64,000 nt of DNA from an uncultured delta proteobacterium (GTDB lineage: Bacteria; Myxococcota_A; Polyangia; Polyangiales; Polyangiaceae): assembly GCA_963850305.1 (NCBI GenBank), contig CAWKKR010000005.1, positions 160,001-224,000 on the forward strand, in the 5' to 3' direction. Below are positions 61,044 through 64,000 of this stretch, in pieces (within the stretch, counting starts at the first letter, position 1; each line of letters opens with the position of its first letter). Both the position numbers and the translations under genes were made by a program. The notes under the pieces are model-generated. The model was not told the origin of the DNA, did not search any database, and worked only from the letters and a program-made list of their open reading frames with translations.

Positions 61044-62168
61044 ATGTCCGAGCAGAAGAAGCCAAAGATCGATCTCAAAGCACGCCTCGGTAAGAAGACC
61101 GTCGCGGCGCCAGGCGGCCCGGCCATTCCCCCGCCCGTGGGCATTCCAAGACCACCGGCGATGGGCGGCATGCCGTCGTCGCCATCGCAACCGCCGCCGC
61201 GCGCGTCGAACCCCTACGCAGCCGTCGCCGCTGCGCCTCCGCCGCCTCCCCCGCCGCCGCAGGCGATCATGGTGGAGATGAGCGAGGAGGTCATCGAGCA
61301 GCAAAAGAAGATTCAGCGCCGAGGCTACGTTCTGGCTGGAGTCGTCGGACTCGTCGTCGGGGGTATCGGCTTCACCTTTGGCAGCCGCTCCGAAGCGAAC
61401 AAGGGCGCGAATGCCGCCATCGAAGGCGCCCGCGATCTGGTGAAGGACGTCGAGGCCGCCGACAAGGTCGCGAGCGATCTCAACGACGTTCTCGAGAAGG
61501 CGGCGCAGCGCCTCGCCAAGAACGAATACCCCGAGGAGGAGATCAACCAGCTCGGCGCCATCAACATCCCGTTCGACGGTGGCCACCTGACGGACAAGGG
61601 CATCGGGCGCTTCAAGCGGGATCTGGTCACGCAACTCCTCACGTATGCGAACACGGCGCAGAAAGCGAACGACCAGAAGGAGAAGATCCAGAACCTCCTC
61701 ACGGGTACGAAGGCCGCTCTGACCGATCTGCTGCAGCAGAAGACCGACCCGAAGGTCCGTTGGGCCGTCTGGGTCGAGCCCGGGCCCGGCGGACCGTGGG
61801 CGAACATGCAGCCGCTGTCTTCGCCGTTCCTCGTCAAGAGCAGTCAGAAGGTCAAGGACAAGGACGGCAAGGAGACGGACTACGAGTGGCCGCCGGAGAT
61901 CGCTCTCCGGCGCGGGACCAGCACCGCAACCCTGAAGCGCTACAAGAGCGGAGACATTTCTTCGGGCGACCCGCAGTTCATTCCGGTCGCTCCCCAGACG
62001 GAGGGCATGGTGTGCCCGTCGACGACGGTCGTCCGAATCCGCGGTGAGCTCATGGAGATGCAGACGCTGCTCAAAGGGGACGACACCCCCGGCGCCGAAA
62101 AGACGGGCTTCATGCAGATGGGCGATCAGGTGGTCGCGTCACTGAAGAAGCTACTGCAGACGGCCTGA
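61044..62168 (+). CDS. Hypothetical single-pass membrane protein with Pro-rich N-terminus
   Basis: RBS GAGGAG, poly-Pro region, TM VLAGVVGLVVGGIGF. Confidence 0.8.
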   Translation: MSEQKKPKIDLKARLGKKTVAAPGGPAIPPPVGIPRPPAMGGMPSSPSQPPPRASNPYAAVAAAPPPPPPPPQAIMVEMSEEVIEQQKKIQRRGYVLAGVVGLVVGGIGFTFGSRSEANKGANAAIEGARDLVKDVEAADKVASDLNDVLEKAAQRLAKNEYPEEEINQLGAINIPFDGGHLTDKGIGRFKRDLVTQLLTYANTAQKANDQKEKIQNLLTGTKAALTDLLQQKTDPKVRWAVWVEPGPGGPWANMQPLSSPFLVKSSQKVKDKDGKETDYEWPPEIALRRGTSTATLKRYKSGDISSGDPQFIPVAPQTEGMVCPSTTVVRIRGELMEMQTLLKGDDTPGAEKTGFMQMGDQVVASLKKLLQTA

Positions 62169-62198
62169 GCCGCTGCCGCGGCGCGGCCGCAATTCGCT

Positions 62199-63554
62199 TC
62201 ACGCCGCCGAGCGTCGGGGCGTTTGCGGCGGGATTGACTCGGGGCCGGGGCCCGGCGTCTGTGTTCGTCGGATAACCTCCACCTTGGACACGCGCCGCTC
62301 GTCCGCGTCGCGAACGACGAAGTCGAGCCCAGAGTCCGAGATGGTATCCCCGATGTCCGGTACCTCGCCGAGGCGCTCGACGATGAAACCGCCGAGGGAA
62401 TTGTAGTCCCCGTCCTCGGGAAGCTCGACGCCCAGGTAGCGGCTCAAGTCCCCGATGGGCACGCCCGCGTCGACCATGAGACGGCCGTCTCCGAGGTCGA
62501 CGATGGGCGGCTCGTCGTTGTCGTGCTCGCCGCGGATGTCTCCGACAATCTCCTCGACGATGTCCTCGAGCGTCACGATCCCGCTCATCCCGCCGAATTC
62601 GTCGATGATGACCGCCAGGTGCCGCCTGCCCGAGCGCATGTCCTTGAGCAAGCTCGACGCTGACTGCGTCTCCGGGACGAACACCACGGGGGTCCGCATC
62701 GCGTCGGCGATTCGCACGGTTCGCAGGTCGGTCGTGGCGGCGTAGGAAATCAGATCCTTCACGTGAAGAATCCCGACGATGTTGTCTATCCGCTCGCGAT
62801 ACACCGGGTAACGGGAGTGCGGGCGGGTCGCTATCTGGCTCAGGATCTCCTCCGCGGGCGCGGCAACGTCGATGGCATGCACCTGCGTGCGCGGGATCAT
62901 CACGTCCGCTGCCTTCAGATCGCCGAAGTCGAGAACGTTCCGGATCATCTCCGCCGGTTCGTGCCCGAGGGACCCGTTTTGCTCCCCCTCGGTCACCAGG
63001 ATCTCGACCTCTGATTCCGCCAGGCTCGGGCTCGGCGGTCGCGACCGCTGAACCAGCCCCGTCACGAGCTGTCCGAGCCAGATCAACGGTGCGGCGAGCG
63101 GCGCGATGAGCAACTCGAAGGGGTGGAGAACCCGGAGCAGGTACGGCAGGGTCACTTCCCCGCTGTGGCGAGCGAGGACCATCCCCAGGTACGACGGAGT
63201 TCCGTAAGCGACCAGCACTCCGAGGAGCGCGAGCACGTGCCGGCCCTCGCCCATCCGCGGGGGCAGTGCTCGGTCAATGAGAATGGCGCACGCCGCGAGT
63301 CCGAGGATGCGCAACACCAGCCATCGCGACTCCACGGTGTGGGGGCTCGCGAGATAGCGGTCGACGGCGGGCTGCGTCTGCGGCGGCAGCGTGTTGCGCA
63401 GCGCGGCTTTCCGCGCATCCGGGACCGAGGACAGGACCGCGCTCGCGGTGGCAAACAGCGCCGCAAACAGCGCCGGAAGCGCAGCCAGAGCGAGCTGCGC
63501 TGCAATGGCGGGGGGGCTACTTGGGTCCAACAGGTCTCGGTCCACCTCCTCCAA
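62199..63554 (-). CDS. Hemolysin family / CorC-HlyC CBS domain protein; start uncertain
   Basis: N-terminal TMs, VMIPRTQV, HSRYPVY, IDEFGGMSGIVTLEDIVEEIVGDI, YNSLGG. Confidence 0.92.
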   Translation of the reverse strand: MEEVDRDLLDPSSPPAIAAQLALAALPALFAALFATASAVLSSVPDARKAALRNTLPPQTQPAVDRYLASPHTVESRWLVLRILGLAACAILIDRALPPRMGEGRHVLALLGVLVAYGTPSYLGMVLARHSGEVTLPYLLRVLHPFELLIAPLAAPLIWLGQLVTGLVQRSRPPSPSLAESEVEILVTEGEQNGSLGHEPAEMIRNVLDFGDLKAADVMIPRTQVHAIDVAAPAEEILSQIATRPHSRYPVYRERIDNIVGILHVKDLISYAATTDLRTVRIADAMRTPVVFVPETQSASSLLKDMRSGRRHLAVIIDEFGGMSGIVTLEDIVEEIVGDIRGEHDNDEPPIVDLGDGRLMVDAGVPIGDLSRYLGVELPEDGDYNSLGGFIVERLGEVPDIGDTISDSGLDFVVRDADERRVSKVEVIRRTQTPGPGPESIPPQTPRRSAA

Positions 63555-63667
63555 GAGCCCTTGGGGGAGGCCTCGGTGAGGTTAGGGGTAGGGCGGTTTC
63601 TCTGCAACCCGCGGGGTCGTTCCGGTCGCTCGGTCACCCTGTCGTGTCGGGGGTTTTCGCTTTAGAT

Positions 63668-64000
63668 TTATTGGGTTGAGGCGGATCTGGAAAAGCCGCG
63701 GACGACGCGAAAACTCCCGCCCGGGCCGAGCTTCCCGAGCGCGAGCAGCGCTCCGGCGCCGTCGAGCCAGGCCGCCACTTCCGCGCCGGGCGGAGGTCCG
63801 ACGAAGTCCTCCGCGGTCAGCTCCTTGCCGCACGCGGCCCGCCCGGCACCAACGTCGGTCAGCCGCGCACACCCGAACGTGCGGCGCGCGACGTCCTCGA
63901 GTGGCATCAAGGCTGGCGCCACGACCGCCGGCCATTGCACGGCCTCTTCGAGCCGGTACGGTCCGCTCGCCCGCCGCTCGAGTGCCGAGAGGTGCGCCGG
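63668..64000 (-). CDS. truB: tRNA pseudouridine(55) synthase, C-terminal part (runs off window end)
   Basis: Frame reads PAHLSALERRASGPYRLEEA, like the TruB motif AHL..LRR...GPF. Confidence 0.7.
   Translation of the reverse strand, partial: PAHLSALERRASGPYRLEEAVQWPAVVAPALMPLEDVARRTFGCARLTDVGAGRAACGKELTAEDFVGPPPGAEVAAWLDGAGALLALGKLGPGGSFRVVRGFSRSASTQ

Overview
GC-rich, gene-dense bacterial chromosome segment. Gene content (zinc-ribbon/GYF GltJ/AgmX-like protein, ECF sigma with TPR anti-sigma, Cys-rich and VWA lipoproteins, bactofilin, stand-alone PilZ) points to Myxococcota, probably Polyangiales; this is an inference. Most of the window is housekeeping: MacAB-like ABC exporter, pheA, gltBD, recCBD, map, rpsP-khpA-rimM-trmD, rpmB, xerD, trpGD, a CorC/HlyC protein and partial truB. 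No rRNA, tRNA, CRISPR array or transposase was recognised. The most interesting part is ~11.4-17.2 kb: a putative small outer-membrane beta-barrel, ECF sigma and TPR anti-sigma cassette followed by two disulfide-repeat lipoproteins. A shared bipartite motif TGACGGA-N12-CG(A/G)CATT lies upstream of both the sigma gene and the CX6C-repeat lipoprotein, with a partial third copy upstream of a catalytically degenerate Fic protein that has a long charged helical N-terminus. recB carries two single-base frameshifts, most likely sequencing errors. All product calls come from motif recognition by eye; no database searches were run.
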